A DNA stretch of 64,000 bases from an uncultured Erysipelotrichaceae bacterium (lineage in GTDB: Bacteria; Bacillota_I; Bacilli_A; RFN20; CAG-826): assembly GCA_900315885.1 (NCBI GenBank), contig ONAT01000004.1:32580-96579 (forward strand), written 5' to 3'. Below, in pieces: positions 9,953 through 19,937 of this stretch. The notes beneath the pieces are model-generated. The model was not told where the DNA came from and searched no databases. It was given only the letters and a program-made list of their open reading frames with translations. A program made the position numbers and the translations under genes. The number at the start of each line of letters is the position of its first letter. Positions within the stretch are counted from its first letter, which is position 1.

Positions 9953-10573
9953 TTATATACCTAGTTTCTTTTTAATTTGCTCCCAAGCTTGCTCGACAAC
10001 ATTTTCAAGTGGCTTTGAAGCATCAATAATAATGTATCTATCTTTATATTTGTCCGCTAATTCAAGGAATGTTTGACGAACTTTGTGGTGAAAGTCAATT
10101 TTCTCTAAATCTAGACGATTTACTTCTCTATTTGCATTCGCAGCAATGCGTTTTAGTCCTTCTTCAGGTGTGATATCAAAAAGAAGTGTAACATCAGGGA
10201 AGGTACCTTCAGTAGCAAACATATTAATATTTAAAATGTTATCAACACCTAATCCTCTTGCTCCACCTTGATAAGCTAAAGAAGAATCAAGATAACGATC
10301 ACAAATAACAATTTTTCCTTCTTTTAAAGCCGGCCAAACTTTTTCGACTAGATGTTGTCTACGGCTTGCAGCGTATAATAAAGCTTCAGCACGAGCATCT
10401 AAGTTTGTGTTGTTTTTGTCTAAGATAACATTACGAATTGATTCAGCAATAGGAGTGCCACCTGGTTCTCTAGTGTGGACAACATCATAACCGAGTTGTT
10501 CGAGTCTTCTTACGATAATATTTGCGACAGTGGATTTGCCACTGCCTTCTGGTCCTTCAATTGTAATAAACAT
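9953..10573 (-). CDS. tmk: dTMP (thymidylate) kinase
   Basis: MFITIEGPEGSGKST P-loop, DRY motif (CDRYLDSSLAYQG). Confidence 0.95.
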   Translation of the reverse strand: MFITIEGPEGSGKSTVANIIVRRLEQLGYDVVHTREPGGTPIAESIRNVILDKNNTNLDARAEALLYAASRRQHLVEKVWPALKEGKIVICDRYLDSSLAYQGGARGLGVDNILNINMFATEGTFPDVTLLFDITPEEGLKRIAANANREVNRLDLEKIDFHHKVRQTFLELADKYKDRYIIIDASKPLENVVEQAWEQIKKKLGI

Positions 10574-10584
10574 AATTTTACTCC

Positions 10585-11184
10585 TTATTTGATTTTTGTA
10601 CGTCCTTCAAATGATTTTGATAAAGTTAACGAATCAGCATAATCTAAATGACCCCCCATTGGTAACCCATATCCAAGGCGCGAGATTGAAACATCATATT
10701 TTTCTAATAAACGCGCAATAAATTGTGCAGTTGTTTCACCATCTAAAGTTGGTTCGGTAGCAAGTATGACTTCTTTAATATCTTCGTTTTGAACACGGTG
10801 CAATAAAGAATCAATGCCTAAATCTTCATATGAGACACCATTTTGAATTGATAAAACACCACCTAAAACGTGATATAAGCCATTAAAACTATCAGAATTT
10901 TCAAAAGCGATGGCGTCTTTTTGATAGCAGACGACCATTAATTTTGTCGTGTCACGATTTGGTGAAGCACAAACCTCACATAATTCGTTTTCGGTTAACA
11001 TTCCACATTTAGGACATTTGTGAATCTTTTTCTTAACTTGCGTGAGAGCATCACAAAGATTTTTGATCTCTTCTGCATCCCAGTCGAGTAAAGAATACGC
11101 CATTCTTTCCGCTGATTTGGTTCCAACACTAGGAAGTTTCTTTAATTCATTTGTAAGATTTTCTAGTGATTTTAGTTTTTCCAT
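10585..11184 (-). CDS. recR: Recombination protein RecR
   Basis: LPSVGTKSAERMAY helix-hairpin-helix, C4 zinc finger CPKCG...CEVC, Toprim domain. Confidence 0.95.
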   Translation of the reverse strand: MEKLKSLENLTNELKKLPSVGTKSAERMAYSLLDWDAEEIKNLCDALTQVKKKIHKCPKCGMLTENELCEVCASPNRDTTKLMVVCYQKDAIAFENSDSFNGLYHVLGGVLSIQNGVSYEDLGIDSLLHRVQNEDIKEVILATEPTLDGETTAQFIARLLEKYDVSISRLGYGLPMGGHLDYADSLTLSKSFEGRTKIK

Positions 11185-11187
11185 ATT

Positions 11188-11490
11188 CTAGAAACCTGGC
11201 ATTCCCATTCCACGTGTTACTTTTGATTGAATTGCTTCATTAGCTTCTTCAATTTGTGCGATACAGTCGTTGATAGCATCTTTGATTGCCATCTCTAAGA
11301 ACTCTTTATCATCTTTATCCATTCCTGATTCTGAAATTTGGATACTTGTGATTACTTTATTACCAAGCATTGTGACGGTAACAATACCATTTTTGCTAAC
11401 TTGGAATTCTTTTTTTGCAAGTTCATCTTGTGCTTTTTGCATTTCTCTTTGCATTTTTTGTGCTTGAATAAGCATTTGTTGCATGTTCAT
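11188..11490 (-). CDS. ybaB: YbaB/EbfC family nucleoid-associated protein
   Basis: 100 aa, MNMQQMLIQAQKMQREMQKAQ..., located between dnaX and recR. Confidence 0.9.
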   Translation of the reverse strand: MNMQQMLIQAQKMQREMQKAQDELAKKEFQVSKNGIVTVTMLGNKVITSIQISESGMDKDDKEFLEMAIKDAINDCIAQIEEANEAIQSKVTRGMGMPGF

Positions 11491-11494
11491 AATT

Positions 11495-13171
11495 TTATTC
11501 TCCTTTAATATCTATTATTAATTCCTCACAAGTTAAATGAGGTAATTTAGAAACTTGTCTTCTTTCCATGAAACTTCTTGATGATTCATAGCTTTCGTTA
11601 CGACTTAAGGCATATAGTTTAGTTTCGACACCTGTAACCATCTTTATAATATCCGTTAATGGTTTTTGGTTAGCGATAATATTTACTTTATCGGCTTCGT
11701 GTTGGAATTGATATTCCAAAACTAATATTTTGTCATTCATAACAAATGGACGACCATTTGCTAATAAAGAAGCAAACTTTCCTAAGGTTGGGTGAAGTTT
11801 ATATTTGTTAAAGCCTTCCCATTTAGCAATCAAATTAAGTTTCATTTCTTTGTTGCCAGTGACCATTATTTCAATAAGTTTTTCTTCATCTAATTTATTT
11901 TTCTCTCCATCACTTGCTAAATCAGAAAAAACAGATTTGTTAATTGGGACATCATCCATAATTTCTTCTTCGACTTTTGACTCTTCTTTAGTTATAGAAG
12001 GAGCAGGAGTGTTAATAGGAGTGGAAACCACATTGTCCTTTTGCTCAATTTTTGGTTCAGTTTCTTTTTCAACAATGACTGGTTTAGGCTTTTCACCTTT
12101 AATGTTTAGTAATTTCAATAAAGTGATTTGGAATAATGTGTTAATGTTACTAACATATTTGTATTCTTTTTGTGCATCTAATAAAATATTGATCATTTCA
12201 AGTGCGGAACTATTATCAATGACTTTTGTTAAGTTTTCAGCTTGCTCACTAGTTAGTTTAACAAGTAACTTATCATCACCAGTTTCATTCATGATAATTG
12301 TATCTTTTAGAATGTCTAATAAATCAATGGTGAGACGTTTAATATCTATACCTGAATCCACAAATTGATGCATCTTATCTAAAACATATTTGGTATCTTG
12401 TTCACAAATTTTTTGAATAAAGTTTATTTTTTCTTCAATACTTGCTAAGCCAAACAAATCTTCTACATCTTTTTCTTTAATATTTGAACCACTATAGGCA
12501 ATGACTTGATCAGCGATTGATAAAGCATCACGAACACCACCATCAGCAAGAGCGGCAACGCTTTCTAATGCTTTATCTTCATAAGTGATATTTTCTTTTG
12601 CAAAAATAGTTTTTAAACGAACAATTATATCCGCATCATCAACTTTTGTGAAATCATAACGTTGACATCTTGAAACTATAGTAGGTAAAACTTTATGAGC
12701 TTCCGTTGTAGCCAAAATAAATATGACGTGTGCAGGAGGTTCTTCAAGAGTTTTAAGCAAAGCGTTAAAAGCGCCAGATGTCATCATATGAACTTCATCG
12801 ATAATGTAAACTTTATAACGTCCTTTAATTGGTGAGTATTTAACTTTCTCAATTAAATCACGAACCTCATCAACGCCATTGTTACTTGCGGCATCTATCT
12901 CAATAACATCTGGATGACTACCATCGGTTACTGCTAAACAATTTGAGCAGTGATTGCATTGATGACCAATGCCCTCTTCACAATTTAAAGCTTTTGCTAA
13001 TAACTTTGCCATACTTGTTTTTCCTGTTCCTCTTGGACCACAGAAAAGGTAAGCATGAGCAATTTTGTTTGTTGCTAATGCATTTTGTAAAGTTTGGACA
13101 ATATGTTTTTGCCCTGCAACCTCTTCAAACGTTGAAGGTCGATAAGTTCTGTATAATGCTTTGTATGCCAT
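11495..13171 (-). CDS. dnaX: DNA polymerase III subunit gamma/tau
   Basis: MAYKALYRTYRP start, GPRGTGKTS Walker A, zinc module CEEGIGHQCNHCSNC, SRCQ. Confidence 0.95.
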   Translation of the reverse strand: MAYKALYRTYRPSTFEEVAGQKHIVQTLQNALATNKIAHAYLFCGPRGTGKTSMAKLLAKALNCEEGIGHQCNHCSNCLAVTDGSHPDVIEIDAASNNGVDEVRDLIEKVKYSPIKGRYKVYIIDEVHMMTSGAFNALLKTLEEPPAHVIFILATTEAHKVLPTIVSRCQRYDFTKVDDADIIVRLKTIFAKENITYEDKALESVAALADGGVRDALSIADQVIAYSGSNIKEKDVEDLFGLASIEEKINFIQKICEQDTKYVLDKMHQFVDSGIDIKRLTIDLLDILKDTIIMNETGDDKLLVKLTSEQAENLTKVIDNSSALEMINILLDAQKEYKYVSNINTLFQITLLKLLNIKGEKPKPVIVEKETEPKIEQKDNVVSTPINTPAPSITKEESKVEEEIMDDVPINKSVFSDLASDGEKNKLDEEKLIEIMVTGNKEMKLNLIAKWEGFNKYKLHPTLGKFASLLANGRPFVMNDKILVLEYQFQHEADKVNIIANQKPLTDIIKMVTGVETKLYALSRNESYESSRSFMERRQVSKLPHLTCEELIIDIKGE

Positions 13172-13432
13172 AATAATCACCAAGTGTATTATATCACTTT
13201 TCTTGTTTCTATTTAAACATTAAATAGAAAATATCATATAACATAAAATATTTAAAAAATTAGTGAGAGAATATTTCACATCTAAAGTTTTATAAATTAG
13301 AAGCAAAGAAAAAAATATGTACAATTTGCGTTTCTTTTTTAAGCAGTGCATAAAAATTGCAAATATTGTAATATAGTTAATGAATTGTTATAAAAAAAAT
13401 GATAAACTATACATTTGAAAGTAGGGATACTT

Positions 13433-14509
13433 ATGGAAGAAAAATTACATTCAAGATTAGAGGCGACAGAAAAGCGTCTTGCAGAAATTGATAAACTTCT
13501 TATGGATGAATCAACAATGAAAGATATGAAATTGTTCCGTGATTTATCAAAAGAAAGAGCAAATATCGCTCCTGTTGTCGAAAAATATGAAGTATATAAG
13601 AAAGCAACTCAAGATAAAGAAGATGCGAAAGTAATGGCTAATGAAGCTGATGAAGAATTATCTTTATTAGGAAAAGAAGAACTTAAAAGATTAGCTGAAT
13701 TAGAAGAAAAAACAGTTGAAGAAATTAGACTTTTACTTTTACCAAAAGATCCTAATGACGATAAGAATATTATCGTTGAAATTAGAGGCGCTGTCGGTGG
13801 AGATGAAGCTAATATCTTTGCTGGTGATTTGTTTAGAATGTATACAAGATATGCAGAAAAACAAGGTTGGAAAATTCAAATGATTGATGAAGCACCTTCA
13901 GAAATGGGTGGCTTCGCTATGGTTTCATTTATGATTAAAGGCGAGGGTGTTTATTCAAAGTTAAAATTTGAATCAGGTGCTCACCGCGTCCAACGTGTTC
14001 CAAAGACTGAGGCACAAGGAAGAATCCATACATCTGTAGCAACAGTTCTTGTTATGCCTGAAGCAGAAGAAGTTGAAATTGAAATTAGAAACGAAGACTT
14101 ACAAGTTGATACATATCGTTCACAAGGCGCTGGCGGACAAAACGTTAACAAGACTGAATCAGCTGTACGTATTACTCACATACCAACAGGTATTGTTGTA
14201 GCGTGCCAAGTTGAAAAATCACAAATTCAAAACCGTGAAATTGCGATGAATATGTTAAGAGCAAAGTTATTTGCGGCTAAACAAGCAGAGCAAGATGAAA
14301 AAATATCTTCTGAACGTCGTTTGAAAATTGGTACAGGTGAACGTTCAGAAAAAATTAGAACATACAATTATCCACAAAACCGTGTTACTGATCACCGCAT
14401 TGGATTTACAGTTCAAAAACTTGACCGTGTCATGGAAGGCGATTTAGATGAAATTCTTAATGCTTTAATTGATGCAGATCAACAAGACAAATTAGCAGGA
14501 GCACAATAA
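13433..14509 (+). CDS. prfA: Peptide chain release factor 1
   Basis: PKTEAQGR (PxT-type) recognition region and GGQ motif SQGAGGQNVNKTESAVRITH. Followed by prmC. Confidence 0.95.
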   Translation: MEEKLHSRLEATEKRLAEIDKLLMDESTMKDMKLFRDLSKERANIAPVVEKYEVYKKATQDKEDAKVMANEADEELSLLGKEELKRLAELEEKTVEEIRLLLLPKDPNDDKNIIVEIRGAVGGDEANIFAGDLFRMYTRYAEKQGWKIQMIDEAPSEMGGFAMVSFMIKGEGVYSKLKFESGAHRVQRVPKTEAQGRIHTSVATVLVMPEAEEVEIEIRNEDLQVDTYRSQGAGGQNVNKTESAVRITHIPTGIVVACQVEKSQIQNREIAMNMLRAKLFAAKQAEQDEKISSERRLKIGTGERSEKIRTYNYPQNRVTDHRIGFTVQKLDRVMEGDLDEILNALIDADQQDKLAGAQ

Positions 14510-14512
14510 TAG

Positions 14513-15367
14513 ATGAAATTCCGTGAATTTTATAGACAAAACAAAGACAAATATCTTGCATTTAATAACATAAATGACTATGTTTTTCGTGTTTTAATTA
14601 TGAAAGAAGCGGAAATTGATGGAAATATGAGCCAATTTTTTATCGCTGAAGATAAAGAATTGCAAAATGAAAAAAATTTATTAAAAAATTTAGAACGTGT
14701 AATAAATGGCGAACCCTATCAATATGTTGTGCAAGACGCAGCATTTTTGGGTCGCCATTTTTATGTTGATAAAAGAGTATTGATTCCCCGTTTAGAAACG
14801 GAAGAATTAGTAAGTGAATTAATCAAAACAATTAATGAAAAATATGAAAAAGAAAAAATAATGGTCGCGGATATTGGAACTGGTTCAGGCGCTATTGCTA
14901 TAACCATTGCAAAAGAAGTGCAAAATGCCGTTGTTTTTGGCTCGGATATATCAAATGATGCACTTGATGTGGCAAAAATGAATGCTAAATCAAATTCCAC
15001 AAATGTACAATTTGTTCATAGTGATATGCTAGATTATTTTATCAAAAATAATATTAAATTAGATGTTTTAGTATCTAATCCTCCATATATAAATAATATT
15101 GAAGAAGTAGATAAATCGGTTTTAAATTATGAGCCACATTTAGCCTTGTTTGCTAAAAACGGAATTGATTATTACGATATAATTTTAAAAAATTCACATA
15201 CTGTTATGAACAAAGATTCCATTATTGCTTTTGAATTTAATTATGATCAAAAAGATAAAATTAAAGATTTAATTAAATTATATATTCCTAATTCAACTTT
15301 TAAATTTTATAAAGACTTTGATGATAAATGGCGATATGTAATTATAAATTATTGCGCAAATGAGTAA
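14513..15367 (+). CDS. prmC: Release-factor glutamine N5-methyltransferase
   Basis: SAM motif DIGTGSGAI and catalytic NPPY (VSNPPYI). Confidence 0.9.
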   Translation: MKFREFYRQNKDKYLAFNNINDYVFRVLIMKEAEIDGNMSQFFIAEDKELQNEKNLLKNLERVINGEPYQYVVQDAAFLGRHFYVDKRVLIPRLETEELVSELIKTINEKYEKEKIMVADIGTGSGAIAITIAKEVQNAVVFGSDISNDALDVAKMNAKSNSTNVQFVHSDMLDYFIKNNIKLDVLVSNPPYINNIEEVDKSVLNYEPHLALFAKNGIDYYDIILKNSHTVMNKDSIIAFEFNYDQKDKIKDLIKLYIPNSTFKFYKDFDDKWRYVIINYCANE

Positions 15368-15463
15368 TATTTTGTGTTATCAAATTGATTTTTGGTAACA
15401 CTTTTCTTTTTGCTTGTATATTTCTTTAATATTTACCAACCTTTATTAGTGAGGTGATAAAAT

Positions 15464-15859
15464 ATGAAATTATTTTCAATAGGTATTAGTTTGATTTCTT
15501 TATCAGTAGTGGGTGTTTCTAAATTGTCTTCTGAACCATTTAAATATAAATATGAAATAACTGGTAATAGTAAATCCGCGAATGACATTTATAATTTATA
15601 TGAATATAAGGAAAAACTTATTGATATATATGATGAACATTTTTTAGCTTTGAACGAAACCGAGCGCGAAAAGAAACTAATAAATAATAATCAATTATTT
15701 AAAATTGATGAAAATTGTCGCGCTTATTATGCTTCTGGAACAATTGTGGTTTTAGTGGGCGATGGCAAAGGGTTAACAATAACTGGTGACTTACGTTATG
15801 ACACATGTGATGAGACAGTAATTAGAACTAAAATTTATATATTTGATATTTTTAATTAG
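15464..15859 (+). CDS. Hypothetical secreted protein
   Basis: N-terminal hydrophobic signal-like segment MKLFSIGISLISLSVVGV. GAGGTGA lies upstream of the ATG. Confidence 0.55.
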   Translation: MKLFSIGISLISLSVVGVSKLSSEPFKYKYEITGNSKSANDIYNLYEYKEKLIDIYDEHFLALNETEREKKLINNNQLFKIDENCRAYYASGTIVVLVGDGKGLTITGDLRYDTCDETVIRTKIYIFDIFN

Positions 15860-15882
15860 AACTATGCTACAATTATTGTAGT

Positions 15883-16506
15883 GTGGTGATTTATGTGAAA
15901 ACTTTGCTTATAGATGTTGATGACATTAAGAAAGCATCACAAATTTTATTAGATGGAGAAATTTTAGCTTTTCCTACTGAAACAGTATTTGGACTTGGTG
16001 TTGTATATGATAACGAACAAGCATTTCATAAACTTGTAGAAGCTAAAAAAAGGCCAGCAGATAAGCCTTTTACTTTAATGTGTAGCAACGTGAAACAAAT
16101 TGAAGATGTTGCTATCATTGATGGGCGAGCGCGAAAAATTATTAATAAATTTATGCCAGGAGAGATAACTCTCTTATTAAAACCAAAAGAAGGTATTCCA
16201 AAATGGGTGAATTTAGGAACAAGTAAAATAGGTGTGAGAATACCAGACCATGAATTAGCCTTAAAACTAATTGAAACAGTTGGAAAGCCACTACTAGTTC
16301 CAAGCGCAAATCCATCAAGTGAGAAACCTGCTTTAAATTATAAAGAAGCTTTAGATTACTTTGATGGCGTAATAGCAGGAGTTATAAAAGCAGAATCAAA
16401 ACACCATCTTCCATCAACAATTGTTGACTTAACGGAAGAAAAAGTTAAACTAATTAGAGAAGGCGATATCTCTTTAGAAGAAATATTAGCTGTAGAGGAG
16501 GAATAA
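15883..16506 (+). CDS. tsaC: L-threonylcarbamoyladenylate synthase (YrdC/TsaC/YwlC family)
   Basis: FPTETVFGLG and KRPADKPFTLM motifs of the Sua5/YrdC fold. An alternative GTG start a few codons in is possible. Confidence 0.85.
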   Translation: MVIYVKTLLIDVDDIKKASQILLDGEILAFPTETVFGLGVVYDNEQAFHKLVEAKKRPADKPFTLMCSNVKQIEDVAIIDGRARKIINKFMPGEITLLLKPKEGIPKWVNLGTSKIGVRIPDHELALKLIETVGKPLLVPSANPSSEKPALNYKEALDYFDGVIAGVIKAESKHHLPSTIVDLTEEKVKLIREGDISLEEILAVEEE

Positions 16507-16507
16507 T

Positions 16508-16948
16508 ATGAAGTTTTCAATCGGATGTGACCATGGTGGTTACGAATACAAAGAACAAGTTATTAAATATTTAAAAGACAAAGGACATGAAGTTGTTGAT
16601 TGTGGAACATATTCATTAGATTCTTGCCATTATCCAGTATTTGCTATTAAGACAGCAGAAAAAGTAAAAAATGGTGAAGTCGACCGAGGAATTGTTATTT
16701 GCCGTTCAGGTGAAGGTGTGTCTATTGCCGCTAACAAAGTAAAAGGTATTAGATGTGGCATTGGCTATAACACAACAGTTGCTCGTTTAATGCGTGAACA
16801 CAATGATGCTAATATGATTGCATTTGGTGCTGATTATTTCACAATTCAAGAAGTAGAAGCAATGCTTGATGAATTCATTAAGGCAGAATTTGCCAAAGGT
16901 AAACACGAAATCCGCGTTAATATGATTAAAGATTACGAAAATAAATAG
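16508..16948 (+). CDS. rpiB: Ribose-5-phosphate isomerase B
   Basis: IGCDHGG start and ICRSGEGVSIAANK motif. Confidence 0.9.
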   Translation: MKFSIGCDHGGYEYKEQVIKYLKDKGHEVVDCGTYSLDSCHYPVFAIKTAEKVKNGEVDRGIVICRSGEGVSIAANKVKGIRCGIGYNTTVARLMREHNDANMIAFGADYFTIQEVEAMLDEFIKAEFAKGKHEIRVNMIKDYENK

Positions 16949-17022
16949 TGAGGAATCACTATTTTTATTTTTTTTGAATAACTACCTCAATTATGGACAA
17001 AATGTAATTGAGGTGAATAACG

Positions 17023-17712
17023 ATGGACGAAAATATTAAACCAAAAGACCCAAAAAAGAGAAAAATGAAAGATGATACAAAAATTGGAATAGCAATTGCA
17101 GCTTCTGCAGTGTTGTTCTTTGGATGTATCTTTGCTATTGAATCTGGAATTAATAATGATGAACCTGTTGGAGGATTAGTTTCTAATGTCTCTGTGCCGA
17201 ATAGTAATGTCTCAACATCAACGAAAGGACCGGATAGTGCATCAGTCTACGATCCAATGAAGGAATATGTTAATAAACCTATTATTGATGCAAAATTAGA
17301 AAGACAATTCTATGATGCTTCAGCAAAGCCAGAAGAAAGATTGAATGCTGTTATTACCTTACCAGGAGAAGATACTTATGCAAAAAGTGAGGGCGAAGAT
17401 TATGCATCTTCAACATCTTTCACGGTTTATGCTTCATTCTCGGGTAAAGTAATTAAAACTGAAAACAATACTCTTTATGGTAATGTTGTATGGGTTGAAC
17501 ACGATTCAAAAGTAGTGGCAATTTATGCTTCTTTGGGTGAAGTTAGAGTTAATCAAGGTCAACGTATTAAACAAGGCGATGTAATTGGAACATCTGGTAA
17601 GTCAACATTTACTTCCGAATTAGGAAGCGAAACAGCGCATTTTGAATTATCGCGTGATGATAAACCAATTAACCCTAAAGATGCGTATGGCGAATATGTT
17701 AAAAATCTATAA
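17023..17712 (+). CDS. M23 family (LytM-type) peptidase-like protein with N-terminal TM anchor
   Basis: C-terminal GQRIKQGDVIGTSGKS...HFELSRDDKPINP resembles the M23 beta-barrel. TM segment IGIAIAASAVLFFGCIFAI. Confidence 0.7.
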   Translation: MDENIKPKDPKKRKMKDDTKIGIAIAASAVLFFGCIFAIESGINNDEPVGGLVSNVSVPNSNVSTSTKGPDSASVYDPMKEYVNKPIIDAKLERQFYDASAKPEERLNAVITLPGEDTYAKSEGEDYASSTSFTVYASFSGKVIKTENNTLYGNVVWVEHDSKVVAIYASLGEVRVNQGQRIKQGDVIGTSGKSTFTSELGSETAHFELSRDDKPINPKDAYGEYVKNL

Positions 17713-17784
17713 TTTTATAATAATTAAATATTAAAGTTCAGATTATTCTGAGCTTTTTTATTTTTGCCTAACTATATTATATAT

Positions 17785-18927
17785 GTGAAGAAATTATTTT
17801 GCTGCGAAAGATGCGGAAATACTGATCCAAAATATATTGGAAATATAAACGGAAAGTTATATTGCCGGAAATGCATAACATTTAAAGGCGAAGAAGCAAT
17901 CTATAAAAAAAGTAGCGAAAAGGATGTGAAATTTTATCTTAATTTTACTTTGAGTGATGAGCAAAAAGAGATATCTTCACGTGTTAAAGATAATTTTATC
18001 AATAAAAAGAATTCTTTGATATACGCTGTGACAGGAGCGGGAAAAACTGAAATAGTTTATGAGGTTATTAGTTACGCTTTATCAAAAGGAGGAAAAGTCG
18101 GATTTGCAATTCCTCGAAAAGATGTAGTTATAGAACTTGAACCACGTCTTAGAAAAGCTTTTAAAAATGAAAAAGTAGTCGCTGTTTATGGCGGGCATAA
18201 TAAAGACTTATATGGAGATATAACTTTATTAACTACGCACCAGTTATATCGATATAAAAATTATTTTGACTTATTAATCGTTGATGAAATAGATGCATTT
18301 CCATATCAAAACAACGATATTTTGCATATTTTTTTCTTAAAATCATATCGTACAAATTTTGTTTTAATGAGCGCAACTCCAAGTGATGAAATAATTGATT
18401 ATTTTAATAAAAATGGTTGTGTTTTACGCTTGTTTAAAAGATTTCACAATAATCCTTTGATTGTGCCGAGTGTAAAAAAATGTTCAGCAAGTCAGCAATT
18501 TATTCTTCTTTTTAAAATCTTAAAAAGATTTAAAAGCGAAAACAAGCCAGTGCTGGTATTTGTGCCTACGATTGATTTGTGCAAAAAAGTATATAAAATT
18601 TTGCATCTTTTCTTTAAAAACATTGAATTTGTGCATTCGAAAAAAGAAAACAAAGAAATTATTATGAATCAATTTCGCTTGAAAAAATTCTTTTGTTTGG
18701 TAACTACTACAATTTTAGAAAGAGGAATCACGATAGATAACTTACAAGTTGTTGTTTTGTTTGCAAATCATAAAGTTTTTAATTATCAAACCCTAATTCA
18801 AATTGCAGGGCGGGTAGGAAGAAATACTAAGCATCCTAAGGGAGAAGTTATTTTTTTAACAAATGAATTTAATGAAGACATTAAGATCTCTATTAGAAAA
18901 ATACAAGAGTTCAACAAGTTTTTGTAA
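17785..18927 (+). CDS. comFA: ComFA-like DEAD/DEAH-box helicase (competence protein)
   Basis: N-terminal 4-Cys CERCG...CRKC, Walker A TGAGKTE, DEID box, helicase C motif QIAGRVGR. The start is uncertain (TTG 17764 or GTG 17785). Confidence 0.8.
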   Translation: MKKLFCCERCGNTDPKYIGNINGKLYCRKCITFKGEEAIYKKSSEKDVKFYLNFTLSDEQKEISSRVKDNFINKKNSLIYAVTGAGKTEIVYEVISYALSKGGKVGFAIPRKDVVIELEPRLRKAFKNEKVVAVYGGHNKDLYGDITLLTTHQLYRYKNYFDLLIVDEIDAFPYQNNDILHIFFLKSYRTNFVLMSATPSDEIIDYFNKNGCVLRLFKRFHNNPLIVPSVKKCSASQQFILLFKILKRFKSENKPVLVFVPTIDLCKKVYKILHLFFKNIEFVHSKKENKEIIMNQFRLKKFFCLVTTTILERGITIDNLQVVVLFANHKVFNYQTLIQIAGRVGRNTKHPKGEVIFLTNEFNEDIKISIRKIQEFNKFL

Positions 18928-19507
18928 AGTGTGTTTTAAAGAGCTGCCTATAAATAATAAAAATGTATCTATATGTGGCAATTGCTTTTCAAAATTTGAG
19001 TCAATTTATAAAAAAGAAAGCATAAATCGTGTAAATTATTTTTATATTTATAGATACAACGAATTTATACGTAGCTTGATTTATCAGTTTAAAGGGTGTT
19101 ATGACATAGAACTGAGCAAATGCTTTTTAGAAAGACAAAGAATTATGTTAAAAATCTTATATCATGATTATTTAGTTATTCCCATTCCCTCATGGAAAGA
19201 TGATGATAATAAACGTGGCTTTAATCATGTTTTTGAGATATTTTCATCACTAAATCTTAAAATGTGTCCATGCCTTCATAAAAAAGAAAATATAAAACAA
19301 AGCTCACTAAATAAAGAGCAAAGGTTAAAAACAAAAAATCTATCTATTGATAAAGTTAATTTAACAAATAAAAAGATTTTAATTGTTGATGATGTTATGA
19401 CTACAGGTTCGACAGTTAAGCACGCAATTGAAATTATTAAAAAGAAGAAACCAAAAATTATAAAAGTATTAATTTTAGCAAAGAATTGTCGAACAAATAA
19501 AAAATAA
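18863..19507 (+). CDS. comFC: ComF family phosphoribosyltransferase-like protein
   Basis: N-terminal CKVC...CGNC zinc motif and C-terminal PRPP-binding loop ILIVDDVMTTGST. Confidence 0.85.
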   Translation: MNLMKTLRSLLEKYKSSTSFCKVCFKELPINNKNVSICGNCFSKFESIYKKESINRVNYFYIYRYNEFIRSLIYQFKGCYDIELSKCFLERQRIMLKILYHDYLVIPIPSWKDDDNKRGFNHVFEIFSSLNLKMCPCLHKKENIKQSSLNKEQRLKTKNLSIDKVNLTNKKILIVDDVMTTGSTVKHAIEIIKKKKPKIIKVLILAKNCRTNKK

Positions 19508-19580
19508 GTCGAACCATTTTTCTTCAATCCTTGATAGAAAATTTTATAATTAAGTTATAAGCAGGAAAGGTGGTAAAGTA

Positions 19581-19781
19581 ATGGTAGGAAAAGTTAAATG
19601 GTTCAACGCTGAAAAAGGCTTTGGATTTATTAACCGTGGTGAGGGCGCTGATATCTTCGTTCACTATTCTCAAATTATGGAAGATGGATATCGTACCTTA
19701 GATGAAGGACAAGAAGTCGAGTTTGAATTATTAGAAACAAACCGCGGGCTTCAAGCTAAAAACGTTGTTAAAATATCCTAA
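19581..19781 (+). CDS. Cold-shock protein (CspA family)
   Basis: [15 protein letters not shown] (RNP1) and VFVHYS (RNP2), 66 aa. Confidence 0.95.
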   Translation: MVGKVKWFNAEKGFGFINRGEGADIFVHYSQIMEDGYRTLDEGQEVEFELLETNRGLQAKNVVKIS

Positions 19782-19791
19782 CAAAATCAAA

Positions 19792-19826
19792 ATACAGGCT
19801 TATTTCTTATGAGTCTGTATTTTCTT
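19792..19826 (+). terminator. Rho-independent terminator after the csp gene
   Basis: ATACAGGCT / AGTCTGTAT hairpin followed by TTTTCTTT. Confidence 0.65.
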
Positions 19827-19937
19827 TACTATGATTAATAAAAGTTACAATTAAATATTTTTAATATTTATTATTTGGAATGTGACATGTTTTTTGATAC
19901 AATAAGAGGCGTATAGTGGAAGGAGTGTTCTAATAAT

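Noticed and set aside
11805-12368. 187-aa ORF on the plus strand inside dnaX. Similar antisense or shadow ORFs: 1846..2097, 4100..4417, 8617..8889, 9264..9581, 47088..47744, 48471..48896, 51018..51938, 54258..54961, 61173..61505.
   Set aside because: All lie entirely within, and antisense to or out of frame with, genes that have strong family signatures. Their translations are low-complexity Ser/Leu/Phe/Ile-rich, as expected for shadow frames in AT-rich DNA, and they have no RBS.
13184-13432. Possible SRP RNA (ffs/scr) upstream of dnaX, as in Bacillus.
   Set aside because: The region is extremely AT-rich with no extended helical complementarity. It looks like a divergent promoter region only.
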